Assembly: GCF_021869535.1 (NCBI RefSeq)
Contig: NW_026262582.1
Location: forward strand, 33,542,001 to 33,606,000
Direction of reading: 5' to 3'
Length of the DNA: 64,000 nucleotides
Origin: Mytilus californianus
Taxonomy: Eukaryota
Shown here: positions 42,301 through 53,045 of the stretch, in pieces
How the letters are laid out: every line of letters starts with the position of its first letter
How positions within the stretch are numbered: position 1 is the stretch's first letter
The notes under the pieces: model-generated
What the model was told of the DNA's origin: nothing
The model's input: only the letters and a program-made list of their open reading frames with translations
Database searches by the model: none
Made by a program: the position numbers and the translations under genes

Positions 42301-43995
42301 TTCCTGAGTCATCTGTATATGAGTTCAGGTAGCGGACCAAATATGAACTGATTGTGTTGAGTAGCACTAGAGGAATGCATGACGTAATTTTAAAGTTCTT
42401 TCAATATATTCTCAAAATTTTAGCAAACATAAAGTATGAGTGTGACATGTTTTAACAGGGTACTGACCAAATATTCAGTAGTATTGTAAAAAAATCAATG
42501 ACGAAAAAAGTTAAGTTAATTAAACATATTGAAATATTCAAAGTATCGAAAAACAGGAAATACATGAGAAAAATTTGACAGGCATATTTGTTGGACGACA
42601 AACTTACATATTGACAAGGTGATGCAACATATCTCCCACTCCTATAGTCAGAACTCTTTATAATATTTGGGAGTAGAAAATGTAAAACAACAATTAATCG
42701 TGAAAAAAATAAAGAAATCTTTTGGGTTTTCGCTGCATATCACGAATGCAATTGAATATTTTTCTCATGTATGGAGAAGTCATTACCGATTAGGAATGAT
42801 GTAAGTTTTAACCTGAATAACCTTCCGTTTGATTTCATGACAATTAATCTAAACAATAGTGCACACGCTGAAATGTCTCGCCTTCTTTACTAATCATTGA
42901 TAGTATGTTGATAGTTCTAAATATAAAGCTTTACTACTATTATCACATCAACTTAACATGATCCAAGAAAATGAGGTCAAGGTCATATAAACCAAACAAG
43001 AAATACATGAACACCTTACAATCATTCAATACACTAAATATAGTTGACCTATTGCTTATAGTTTCTAAGATACAGACTTAACCAAGAAAACTAAACATTA
43101 ACTAATGAACCATGAAAATGCGGTCAAGGTCAGATGAACCATGCCAGGCAGACATATACAGCTTGCAATCCTTCCATACAACAAATATAGTTGACCTATT
43201 GCTTATAATAATAAAAAAACAGTCCAAAACACAAAAACTTAACACTGAGCTATGAACCGTGAAAATGAGGTCAAGGTGAAATAAAAGCGGCTAGACTGAC
43301 ATGTACATCATAAAATATTTCCATACACCAAATATGGCTTACCTATTGCATATAGTATAAGAAAAAAAAAAGATCAAAACTCAAAAATTTAACATTGACC
43401 ACTGAACAATGAAAATGAGGTTAAGGTCAGAAGACACCTACCAGCTAGACATGCTAGACATGTACACCTTACAATCATTCCATAACCAAATATAGTAGAC
43501 CTATTGCATACAGTATAAGAAAAAACAGACCAAAACACAAAAACTTAACTACAACCACTGAACCATGAAAATGAGGTCAAGGACAGATGACACCTGCCAG
43601 TTGGACATGTACACCTTACAGTCCTTCCATACACCGAATATGCTAGACCTATTGCTTCTAGTATCTGAGATATGGACTTGACCACCAAAACTTAACCTTG
43701 TTCACTGATCCATGAAATGAGGCCGAGGTCAAGTAAAACTATCTGACGGGCATGATGACCTTGCAAGGTACGCACATACCAAATAGAGGTATCCTATTAC
43801 TCATTATGAGAGAGAAATTAACATTACAAAAAATCTTAACTTTTTTTCAAGTAGTCACTGAACCATGAAAATGAGGTCATGAACAATGGACATGTGACAG
43901 ACGGAAACTTCGTAACATAAGGCATCTTTATACAAAGTATGAAGCATCCAGGTCTTCCACCTTCTAAAATACAAAGTTTTTAAGAAATTAGCTAA

Positions 43996-44028
<33 letters not shown>

Positions 44029-47000
44029 ATCACTATCCCTATGTCGAGCTTTCTGCGACAAATGTCGCAGGAACGACAAAAAATGGAAAACTCAAAGTGA
44101 AAAGCAACTTTAACATTTACCAAATGTATATGTGCATTAGAATTATTAACTTTGGTAACTGCTTGATTTGAAATACAAGCTTCATATAGCACCAGTGTGG
44201 TCTTAACAGAAACACCACGTCATGTGCACAGGCGACTGAAAAGATCCGGATTGCATTAACATTCCTGAAAAAAAGGAATAGTGGCTATGATTGAAAAATT
44301 AATTTTGACATAAATAAAACACAAAGACAATGTCATGTAATTTGATGTTAAGAAAATTGAACGACTTCCAAAATATGTATCATTAGTTTCTGTCATTTGT
44401 AATCAATTATCACATGTATACCTGCAATTTGTTCCTGACGAAATAGTGGAGTGACAAATCAAGAAAAAGGTGCTAATTTTACGACTTTTATGGACCGGCA
44501 TAACTACAGGCTGAAAATGATTTATTTGCAAAGCTAATACATTAATCTTACTTTTTTACCCGGCCGTAGCCATTTCCTACGGTGCATTTTTTCATAAAAT
44601 GGAAATAAAAAGACATTTTGATTTTCTCATTCAAAATGTAACTCGACAAACTATTTTACTTGTGTTTGTTTTTATAGTCATCAAACTCTTGATTTGGCAT
44701 TTTATGAAAATTTAAGAACTAACTTATATTGAAAAAACTATGATTTCTTCTATTTTGCCTTGTTTTTGTTCGTTTTCACTTAGTTCTATTTCCATGGAAT
44801 GGTTACAACATTTGTAAATTTACATTGCATCGGTATCTTTCAAATTTTTTGCGCTAAAAAGTAATAAAACTTCAATTTGTACAGTTATGAGACCTCTCCG
44901 GCTCAGTTTTTCTAATAAATTCGCGTGTTTCGACATATTTTAATATACATTATAATTCTATGGATTTCCGGATATATTTCTCCTACCAATACGATGTAAA
45001 TTTACTTTTTACTGACGAATCGCTTCAGAAATTCATCATACTACTGTTCGTGTTTTTGCATATTAAATATGTTAGTATTGATATAAATTTGTGTATCACA
45101 GGTTTATTCAACAATGTTTTCAAAAAAGATTTCGACTGATAAATTTTTGACAATATATCTACGTATCGTAGTCCAATAATGCTGACATCTTCGCAATCGT
45201 TTTTATTATATATCCTAGTCTGTTCTGACTAGATAAATGCCCATGCCTTTTGACTTGACTGCTATATGTTCTGCAAGCACAAATCGTAGAAACGCGATAA
45301 ACATCTACGTTTCCCTGAATCTGATGAAGGGCTCCACAAAATAATAAAATTATCTAAACGACATTAAGAAATAAAGTCACTCCATGTTCACAAGAGTTTA
45401 AAACCAAGGCCCTTTACTACAGGGTTTGCTCTGTATCAACTTAGCAATCCGAAGAAAGAAGATTTAACGATGAGTTGAATGTTTTACATGTACGAGAAGG
45501 CTTCGCATTGTCTGTTTTGTGTTATCCTTGATGATCTGCTTGTGCACAAAAAGCCTTTGTCATGTCTTTTCTTTTTTGTAAAATACTGATCAATACTGCT
45601 GCTTCCTACTTCATGAATTGAAAACAAAGTACGATTCAGCAAAGCTATGGTGCAAGTTTGAAAAACTTTCTGCAAAATAAATAGTAATACGGAAACAAAA
45701 AGGGCTGGGAGAATCAAATGTTGGGTTCAGTATTTGACTGATTTCGGAAGCCTTTCAAGCAGCTTACCATGTAAAATATGGATAAATGCTGACAGAAATT
45801 GAAATTGAAATTAAGACACTAACTAGCAATGAAGACCAAACATTACATGCAGGAGCTTCAATAGTTCCTACTGAAATGTAGTCCTTAGAACCAACAAATG
45901 GGACTAACCCAACAACATCTGAAATATGCATTTCATATTCCATACAACAATCCTTTATGGGTTGATTTATAATACATATATAAGTAAGCAATGAATGTGG
46001 TTGTCAAATTTGATAGATGCTTTTTGTGCTTCTTTGTTAAATGTTTGTTTGTTTTGAGATTGTGACACAGTGATGACTGCTATATCCATATTTTGACAAT
46101 GTTACCTATTATGTCTGTTTTGTTCACGCATCGTTGTAAATATAATGGAATTTGAAGCGACTGTCATACAAGTGAGAGTGTTAGCGCTATAAAACCATGT
46201 TCAATCCACCATTTTCTACATTTGAAAATGCCTGTACCAAGTCAGGAATATGACAGTTGTTGTCCATTCGTTTGATGTGTTTTATCATTTGATTTTGCCA
46301 TTTGATTAGGGACTTTCCGTTTTGAATTTCCTCGGAGTTCAGTATTTTTGTGATTTTACTTTTTGCTTGCTTACGAAGTTCTTGTTGTGGATAGTTGATG
46401 TTTAAGCTTACAATGGTGAGGGTCTTTACAGTAACTTCTAAACTTCTCGATGACAAGATGTTTAAAATCTTAGCAATAGCAGAATGTGCAGTTACATTAA
46501 GCAACTATTTTTTATACCAATTTATCTAAAACTACACCATGAGTTTGGACAAAAATAATGGAAATGTCAATCTTAATTCCCACGGCTTTCGTTCATGATA
46601 CTCGGAAGTACGAAAATATCTCACTAGCTTAGAAAATTAGGAAATAGGCACAATCCAAACATGTCATATTTACCTTAGGGTCCTGCTGCATTTAAAGAAG
46701 GTGTTTGTATAATATAAGCGGAACTTATTATATTGACATCAATGCTGAGACAATTGATGGTAGAAATAATTTTCACTCCAAACTTATGGCTGTCTTTCAG
46801 TAGGAAACAGACACTTCAAACGTTATCATAAGTCCCTTTAAAATTGAGCTTGAACAAGACAGATCTTTGACGTATGATGATTCTAATAACAAACTTTTGA
46901 CATTATTACCAATGGACAAGCTAAAACAACTTATTGACCTTGTTTTGTTTATGCTTATGAGGAGATTCGGTTTTGTTTTAAGGAAAAAATCGATACTTCG

Positions 47001-50000
47001 GACAAGTCTTGGATATTTTTCCAACTTATTTCAAACAAAACTTAGATCCAATACCTATTTCTGCAGAAAACACTGACACGATTTTCCCGAATTAGGACCA
47101 GCTTATAAAAGGCTAAAAGAATTAAAATTTGTATATACTTTTCTACGTTATGCTCCAGTCATATACACCAAACATAGCAACAGTTTATTAAATATATCCC
47201 TATGAAATAATGTTTGGATATATTCAGCAAAATGCTGTGCAAACGTTTGACCAGCAATTGCATGCTGATGCCCAATAAGAAATATTTCCTATGTCAAACG
47301 TTTATAATAATATAAGAATATCATTGGCTTTTGTCTTTCTTTTATAGCAACAATCAGTAAGTTATTAAATTCAGCTAGGCTAGATGACATATGTGTTAAC
47401 TGGAGTTTATGCTCGAAATACAGTAGGCGTATTCTTATTTGCGAACAGTTTAATCGTAGTGTCTCAGAATTAATACTGCCCTATGATGCACTCATGGCTC
47501 CTTTATTTAAAGCATTGTTCAAATGATAAAGAAACATAAACTGTATAAAAAGCATTGAACCAAAAGTATGGACGGCGTTCCTTGACTGTCGAAATTCATG
47601 TTTTGTCTTGTCCAAAAGCACTAAAGACTTTGGTGATTTCTTTACTGTTTATAAAGATCACACATTTGCCTGAAGAATTAAGAACACATAGCGATTTTCA
47701 TCGAGAGACCTATGTCATCTTAATTCCTTCAATACCTTGTTTTTACATGCAAGGGTAACGAGCTTGAAAAAAAAGTTGTATTCGATCGTGTGGATGGTCT
47801 GAGGGATGTAGAAATCATCTCACAAAGCAGTTTCTGAAGAAGACGACGATGAAAACGATATCTAAACAAATTATGTAAAGTCAGAAATATTGGAAAATTA
47901 ATTCGTATACACACATTACAGTAGAACTCATGGATGGTGGTTACATCTTTGACTATGTTTAATTTTAAACCCAGGGAAAAACAATGAGAAGTAAGGCCAG
48001 TTTTCTGAAAATGTTGTACACTTTGCATTTAAAAGACCCTTGCAGCTCTTTCTGAGAGGACTATAGTATGCTGCTGATGTAAAATTCCTGCCCATACAAT
48101 CTCAATGTTCACAACAGAAAAATATATGTTTACCTATTAGAACTTCATTTAAACCATTTTATTCGGTTACTAAGTGAAATATTTGCCGCTTGCAACCGGT
48201 ATATCATTGAACAAAAACAAAATAAACTTCGATTCTTTCTTAAGAAACCGTGTGAAAACCAGATATATATCTTTAAATGTACATGTAATGTACAAAATAT
48301 CAATTGAAATCCATTTCCTGTTTTGTCTTTGCCTTGTTCTTGTTGCCCACCTAAATTTTCCTAAAATGCGCCTTTGGTGATAACATTTTTCTTCAAATTG
48401 ACTCGAAAGTGAACTGCTATTGTTTATTCTTTCGTCAAAGGAGTAATGTCATGCCTATTTCACAATTCTGATATCATTTCCTGACTTTTTATAACCCCTT
48501 GTGAATTTTTCTTTACACTAATGGAAAACTCAACTTCCGAACTTTGACCTCAAATCTTACAAATTTGAACCATTTTACGATTCTACGACCAGGCAAACTT
48601 TAAAGTTATAACATTTCTCTAAATGAAAATTCATAATTTAGCCTGCAGTTAAGGTGGTCCATTAAAGTTGAAAATTTGTTGGCTTGGTCACTCCACTAAA
48701 ATCAAGAGTGCGAACTGAATCGTTTTCCTTTCCAATCCCTTAAAAATTTCTACAACGCTTTTGTTTAATTAAAAAAAACCTTGTACAGATTAAAAGATAC
48801 TAAAAAAAAAAAAAAATATGTGGTATGTGGTATGTTTCCTCGAGTTAAAACATTTTGTAACGTTTATTATATATCAGATGGTTAATACAATAATATTAAC
48901 AATACTACCGTTATTTGTCTAAGTAGTAAGCATCATACTAGTATAAATACCTTTTAATGAGCATGCCCGGAGATCTTCTGTTGGAATGGTGTACTCGTGT
49001 ATTAATTTACATTTTACTATCACATCCGCATTGCACGGTAGTCTGTCTAAAGATTGGTGTCGCAAAATTACCTCATAATAGTTTCCAAAGCTTTGAGATG
49101 ATGTTATATTAAAAGAACAGATTGAACCCTGAAATATTAGAAATACTAATTTCAAAATAAACATAAATGCATTTTCGGTCGGAGCAACAAGAACTTGGTT
49201 TTCATCAAAGCCACATGATGCTTTTGAAAATATGCATGATGATCTAAGCTCCTAATAAAATTCTGGCTATTTGTATTCATGAACTATACGATATGATTGT
49301 AAGGCTGGTGTTTCTTAGACGTATTACTCATATCACCTTATCTCTATGTATATGTATTTGAACAAAATCGTATTTGTAATTGATAAGATTTTACATTTTT
49401 GTCAAATACTGGCTAGAAAGACCAACCAACGTGAATACTAACGAGAACAATGCAAAAAAAAAATCAAACTACAATCTTAGAAAAAGATAGATAACTGCAA
49501 AACAAGTCAAAGGCCTTGACAATAAGGAATAATTAAATGAATTATATCAGGTTCTCCTCAATGGTTTCTAACATTATTGTACATTAACATGTAAGCAACA
49601 TATGCATAATTGACTTATCATGCGATGTCTACGTAACCATCAATGCTTTGTATATGGGCAATAATAATTTAAAAAATGACTTATTCGTGACTGTGATTTC
49701 AATATTCTGTGGAATAACGTTGGTTGTTGCTAAATAGAACATACTAACTACAAACATGCACAAGTTTAAATAAACCACTAAAAGTTGGATAAAAAGTAAA
49801 ATAACAAATATATCTAACTCCAAGGAAAGCTCAAAACGGAAAGTTCCTTATCAAATAGCAAAATCAAAAGCTCAAACACATCGAAGGAATGGAAAACAAC
49901 TGTCATATTCCTGACTTGATACATGCATTTTCGTATATAGAAAATGGTGGATTAAACCTGGTTTTATGGCTAGCTGAATTACATAATTCAGTTTCTGCGA

Positions 50001-50709
50001 CTGAAAATGTTATCCCTCATACTAAATTTTACTCGATTTCGTGTGTCAACACAAATCAGGGAAATTCGTTCAACTTCACCGTTAGCAAAAGAGTAAAATC
50101 GTCATTGAATTTTCAATTGAAACAAGATGTGCTTTTGACAATATTGCTAACAACATATCGATAGTGTGACAGTATGCTGATCTGATGTTCAAATCAAATT
50201 TTTTGATTGCTTCTTTTCGATTTATTTGACATTAAAAATTTTAAATAAAATATATATATATATATATATATAAATGCACAAAAAATGTATAATGTGTGTC
50301 ACCATTTTATCAATCCTGCTGTCCTTCAAAATCCCACACGGTACACGGTGAGTTTCTATGCTTTTCGTCTGAGGAAAACCTTTTTTTCGTGTTTTAGATT
50401 AAGTAATTACACACATAAAATTCGACAGTTAGAAATAGTTCAACACTTAAAATTCTGTGAATGGATGTCAATTCGTTTGGGAGTTCCAATATCAGGTTTC
50501 ACATCGCCAATCGACAGTGACAATGTATTTTCGAACTACACGGTAAAACATATTCAACAAAGTCAACTGATTCATCTGAAGTATCCATATTCAAATATAA
50601 GCAGCGGAAGTCGAACAGACAAATACCCTATGCTTCAAATCTTTCCATCATTGTCGAGCCTTCGACTTTTGTCGAAAAAGCAAGACATAGCGATCCTACA
50701 TTCCGTCGG

Positions 50710-50740
<31 letters not shown>

Positions 50741-53045
50741 GGCGGCGTCCACAAATATTCACTCTGTGGTTAAAGTTTTTGAAATTTTAATAACTTTCTT
50801 AAACTATCCTGGATTTCTACCAAACTTGGAAAGAATCTTGTTTATGATCATAAGATAGTATCCAGAAGTAAATTTTGTAAAAAAGAAATTCCATTTTTTC
50901 CGTATTTTACTTATAAATGGACTTAGTTTTTCTGCCAGTTAACATTACATTCACTCTGTGGTTAAAGTTTTTAAAATTTTAACAACTTTCTTAAACTATC
51001 CTGGATTTGTACCAAACTTGGACAGAAGCTTGTTTATGATCATAAGATAGTATCCAGAAGTAAAATTTGTAAAATAAAATCCAGTTTATCCGTATTTAAC
51101 TTATAAATGGACTTAATTTTTCTGCCAGTTTACATTACATTCACTCTGTGGTTAAAGTTTTTTTAAATTTTAACAACTTTCTTAAACTATCCTGGATTTG
51201 TACCAAACTTGGACAGAAGCTTGTTCATGATTAAAAGCTAGTATCTAGAAGGAAATTTTGTTAAAATTTTGTTCCATTTTTTCCGTTTTATACTTATAAA
51301 TGGACTTTGTTTTTCTTCCAGTTAACATTACATACAGTCTGCAGTTTAAGTTTTTAAAACATTTATTAGATTCATAAACTATCCTGGATTTTTACCAAAC
51401 TTAGACAGAAGCTAATTACAATCAAAGATAGTATAGAGAGGATATTTTTATTAATTTTTTTCCTCATTTTTGTTGAGCCTGCGATTAACAGCAAAAGTAG
51501 GCGAGACACTGGGTTCCGCGGAACCCTTACGAATTTTTTTTCAAAGTTGTCATTATAATTTGTTTGATCTGGATGATCTGAAGAAGGTACTTTTGAAATA
51601 TTCGACCGGTAGTAGGAGATCCACATCAATAAACCTGCCTTTGTTTATAAACTTACCCCAATTAAAGCAGTACATGTTGGCAATGGGAATACTTTCTTAA
51701 AGTGCAGATTGACAGTTAAACGTCTATCCGTTTCGTTTATTTGAACAATAGCTCTCACCTCTTTTGCTGGAGGATCTAAAATCATCAGATATTTATGTTC
51801 TGAGTGTTTGTTTGACCTTTTTGGTAATGTATTCTGTTATAGTTTTTCATATCACTGTCATTTTAAAACATTAACTTTAGTATGTCACCACGTTTAATAT
51901 TCAACTTTGTTTTAATCGAAATGAATTTAAATCATTTCTAAAATTTAAGAAAAGATAATAAAGGTGCCTGGTTTTTTTGTTGATATATAGTGTCTCCTCT
52001 TTATTTCGTTGTATGTCCTCATATTGTTGTCCGCAACAAATTGCCTATATTCTATTATTCCATATGAACAGTTGCGAATTTTATACACTACTGAGCTAGA
52101 TCGATACTAATAACGGATTATTTATTTCCAAACTATACTCACAAATGACTTTACAAATAAAAGTCATGCCGGAGACTGTTTAAATTGGTTAAAAAAGCTC
52201 TAGCATGGCAATGCGTTTTCGACATTCGATTGGGTTTTGTTGGATTATGTTGCTGTTTTCTGAGGTGCATTGTCCGACCTACTGTGTTTTTTTTTTATTG
52301 TGAATTAAATTCTGCTGGTGTTTATTTGCTATTTGGTCCTTTTTTCAATGCATCACAATGTTGTTTAAAGCAAGGTAATATAAGATTGTCATTCAGGGAC
52401 AAATGTATTGAAAAGTGTTGTTTTACATGCAATAGAAGATGTCGAAATAAAATTGAGATCCGATTTTTTTAAGTTAATGCGAAACATTTGAAATTACATG
52501 TATATTAAAATCCAAGATTATTTCTGCATGTCGATTTTTGTTGCTTTGCTAGATTAAGTTTGCTCTCTCATTGATGTTTATCAAACACTACTTTATATAT
52601 AGATATTGAAAAGTTATAAAATGTGTCCACGCTGTGCATAAAATAGGAACAAATTAGGCTGAAAATACATTTATATATATACCCTTACCCATTTCAATAC
52701 GATCTACGATATACTATTAAACTATGTCTATATACTTACATTCGAAGTTTTCCTTCGAGAATTGTATGCTCTTTGCTTGTGCTTCGAACCCGTACCGGCA
52801 TTGGTACTTGCAGTTTACATCCGACTCGGTTACATTTCTTATCTGTAGTATGAATTGGTTCCCAGATGGTAATGTCTCTGTGTACTTAGAAGAATCAATA
52901 GGATGACCATTGTAACAGATCAGATCTGGTCCTTTAGACCACTGTCTCGTCAGTTTATTATTAATATTGTCTATGCCATGAACTGTACATGTAATGTTTA
53001 TATTCTGATGCATGCGTACTATTTCTGGTTGGAAATTCAGTGTTA
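5903..53045 (-). CDS. Predicted spliced gene (5'-incomplete): Ig-like + Ig-like/beta-sandwich ectodomain, single TM helix, Ser-rich linker, C-terminal LRAT/HRASLS (PLAAT) domain; join(53045-52740,51775-51657,49128-48951,39818-39699,39139-38975,6387-5903)
   Basis: Exon lengths 306+119+178+120+165+485 = 1373 nt, plus 1 nt from an unseen upstream exon = 458 codons including the stop. All boundaries are GT/AG with matching phases (1,1,0,1,1,1) and there is no internal stop. The join of 38975 to 6387 is inferred only from phase compatibility and from the lack of a better partner in the window. Confidence 0.55.
8784..8895. repeat. 21-bp inverted repeat with 70-bp spacer
   Basis: tgagcccatattccctgtgaa versus ttcacaggggatatgggctca, 1 mismatch. 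Confidence 0.7.
9375..10985 (+). mobile_element. Degenerate Penelope-like (PLE) retroelement: RT pseudogene 9375-10677 plus 3' end 10690-10985
   Basis: Translates with stops and frameshifts as SVEDYAR*W..LHDKYGVVPA..DKAPNNI..SLYWIP*LHKCP..RYIAGSSKCSTKP..MWIL..FDFST..GIPIGTN..LADLFLYSYEA..NIPAAPAYGVYISQLI. The region between the YxDD area and YDKRD is deleted. Confidence 0.8.
12519..12663. repeat. Long imperfect hairpin (about 65-bp arms, 16-bp loop), probably part of a non-autonomous element reaching about 12875
   Basis: 12519-12583 is the reverse complement of 12600-12663 with few mismatches. Confidence 0.85.
13480..14775 (+). mobile_element. 5'-truncated Penelope-like element (RT C-terminus plus 3' UTR), copy 1 of a local duplication
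   Basis: GGDVPLTPSYAVYISQHIRY..LLSQRFRYHKLSKTFT. The 3' region has an internal tandem repeat of about 180 bp (14243/14420) and ends ..ttgtctcattatcaatcataccacatctt. Confidence 0.7.
18530..19947 (+). mobile_element. 5'-truncated Penelope-like element, copy 2 of the local duplication
   Basis: Colinear with 13480-14775 but keeps extra RT segments (IDKFNNT..DIYPKEL; GIAHPHFYRDVVKR) that are deleted in copy 1. Confidence 0.7.
21250..22156 (+). mobile_element. 5'-truncated Penelope-like element (RT C-terminus plus 3' UTR)
   Basis: VPLIYPPELEMKETTVTASSA..EFDTINHLSTRIYDK..SPAYEIYIS..IRYSRACT. The 3' UTR ends in the abundant 'cctgtaccaagtcaggaatatgacagtt' repeat. Confidence 0.75.
24307..27840. repeat. 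Older diverged direct duplication: 24307-25130 versus 26040-27840 (with insertions)
   Basis: Shared blocks gatattgatggtcaat, tagaaacgtcaaaatattttgtt, ccacgaaaa.tggtact, gctagccgcattgaatt and ttgttttatgttccaaaa. Confidence 0.75.
28900..29276 (+). pseudogene. Decayed Penelope-like RT N-terminal fragment, cut by the DIRS element; continues at about 32216-32320
   Basis: KGPKYRKP*SINCKNNFKTL at about 29203-29265 parallels the segment at 9415-9500. After the DIRS, SLSD..KAIK and HLSFLYD resume the same protein. Confidence 0.55.
29277..32215 (+). mobile_element. DIRS1-type tyrosine-recombinase retrotransposon, internally deleted (no RT) and degenerate
   Basis: Left ITR 29277-29330 is inverted relative to right ITR about 32105-32155. 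ICR 31917-32037 is complementary to both ends. Internal remnants: gag-like 29519-30130; RNase H (TDAS..GGQWSKEE..INYLEL..SDNSTTVAYINNLGG); methyltransferase-like (FASRL..YAFPPF); recombinase (TGQRCQTL, FKAHNTRAA, VFGRFYQK). Confidence 0.88.
30140..31790 (+). pseudogene. Frameshifted DIRS RNase H / MT / tyrosine recombinase remnants
   Basis: ORF-track pieces 30268-30561, 30522-30713 and 30720-31022, plus hand translation to 31790, carry the motifs but are broken by stops and frameshifts. Confidence 0.85.
32540..32750 (-). repeat. Abundant dispersed repeat = 3' end of the 21250/53590 PLE family; other copies at about 8515-8630, 11230-11365, 28635-28675, 46090-46365, 49790-49975
   Basis: Shared gaactccgaggaaaattcaaaa.ggaaagtccct..aatggcaaaatcaaaagctcaaacacat..cctgacttggtacaggc. 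Confidence 0.85.
32924..34434 (-). mobile_element. HINE-like element, with its 3' end locally duplicated
   Basis: Terminal hairpin agctcacctggcc..ggccaagtgagct next to a T-run, (CGT)n microsatellite, degenerate cores containing 'ttattgccc'. The other end is ggtgagcgacacaggctcttaagagcctctag (subterminal repeat plus hairpin). Confidence 0.8.
37010..37093. repeat. Minisatellite, 22-26-bp unit, about 3.4 copies
   Basis: caaagacaat.aaaattta(aa.a)gca repeated. Confidence 0.85.
37243..38183. repeat. Diverged direct repeat of about 180 bp (37243-37424 and 38003-38183)
   Basis: atgaatta.aaatgt..tgtcaatatga..aggaca.ac.aatatgacaaatc.gctcgaa..ttccaatttgt.gcaatt in both copies. Confidence 0.75.
38240..38670 (+). 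mobile_element. Degenerate SINE (Deu/Nin-domain-like core, (AATC)n tail); a related 3' end is on the minus strand at about 61298-61360
   Basis: Locally GC-richer; taaatccgatgc..gcacgtaaggaaccc.. and 3' gaaatatttgccactggac..caatcaatcaat. The family assignment is from memory. Confidence 0.5.
38975..39139 (-). CDS. Internal exon, Ser-rich cytoplasmic linker
   Basis: Acceptor tttttcttattacag|GGTGGG and donor GAAAG|gtaggt; 165 nt, phase 1-1. Encodes GWEIANCHKLGRPCLTTSKGESNSISRMSSSTSNMSNINSDESLDLLEACLEREK. Confidence 0.75.
39699..39818 (-). CDS. Internal exon encoding the transmembrane helix
   Basis: Acceptor ttctttttcag|AAAATCC and donor GATG|gtaagc; 120 nt, phase 1-1. Encodes ENPSKESRLVLLGVFIPIILLIVLLVFLIISYRMKTSHVD: a hydrophobic run followed by basic RMK. 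Confidence 0.82.
41598..42090 (-). repeat. Dispersed repeat related to the PLE 3'-end family
   Basis: Contains cctgacttggtacaggacatttt..aaaatggtgggttgaacctggtttt in a different flanking context. Confidence 0.55.
42852..44080 (+). mobile_element. HINE-like element with about 7 core repeats of about 146-156 bp
   Basis: Start aacaatagtgcacacgctgaaatgtctcgcc. Core 'aaaatgaggtcaaggtca' near 42968, 43115, 43262, 43412, 43567, 43714 and 43867. (GCC)n at 43996-44027. 3' hairpin tgcgaca-aa-tgtcgca followed by an A-run. Confidence 0.85.
48951..49128 (-). CDS. Internal exon, second half of second ectodomain module
   Basis: Acceptor tttctaatatttcag|GGTTCA and donor AAAAG|gtattt; phase 0 to 1. Encodes GSICSFNITSSQSFGNYYEVILRHQSLDRLPCNADVIVKCKLIHEYTIPTEDLRACSLK. 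Confidence 0.8.
50650..51530 (-). mobile_element. HINE-like element with about 190-bp core repeats
   Basis: Hairpin end ttgtcgagccttcgacttttgtcgaa, (GTC)n at 50705-50748, cores at 50758/50950/51140/51331. The other end is ggcgagacactgggttccgcggaaccc (perfect palindrome). Confidence 0.85.
51657..51775 (-). CDS. Internal exon, first half of second ectodomain module
   Basis: Acceptor atgattttag|ATCCT and donor ATTGGG|gtaagt; phase 1 to 0. Encodes YPPAKEVRAIVQINETDRRLTVNLHFKKVFPLPTCTALIG. Too short for the ORF track; found by reading. Confidence 0.85.
52740..53045 (-). CDS. Internal exon encoding an Ig-like (V/I-type) domain
   Basis: Acceptor aactttttttag|TAACA and donor GAAT|gtaagt. Translation xTLNFQPEIVRMHQNINITC..TRQWSKG..GNQFILQIRNVTESDVNCKYQCRYGF..ENFE shows the Ig pattern (B-strand Cys, C-strand Trp, D-x-x-x-Y-x-C). 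Confidence 0.9.

Noticed and set aside
43855-44192. Poly-Ala and poly-Arg ORFs
   Set aside because: They come from the (GCC)n microsatellite of a HINE.
50285-50773. 162-aa plus-strand ORF with poly-Val
   Set aside because: It runs into a HINE terminus and (GTC)n, has no motif, and is antisense to the host intron.
42852-51530. Regularly spaced repeats as a CRISPR array
   Set aside because: The units are 150-190 bp, contiguous and degenerate, with no unique spacers or cas genes, in a eukaryotic context.
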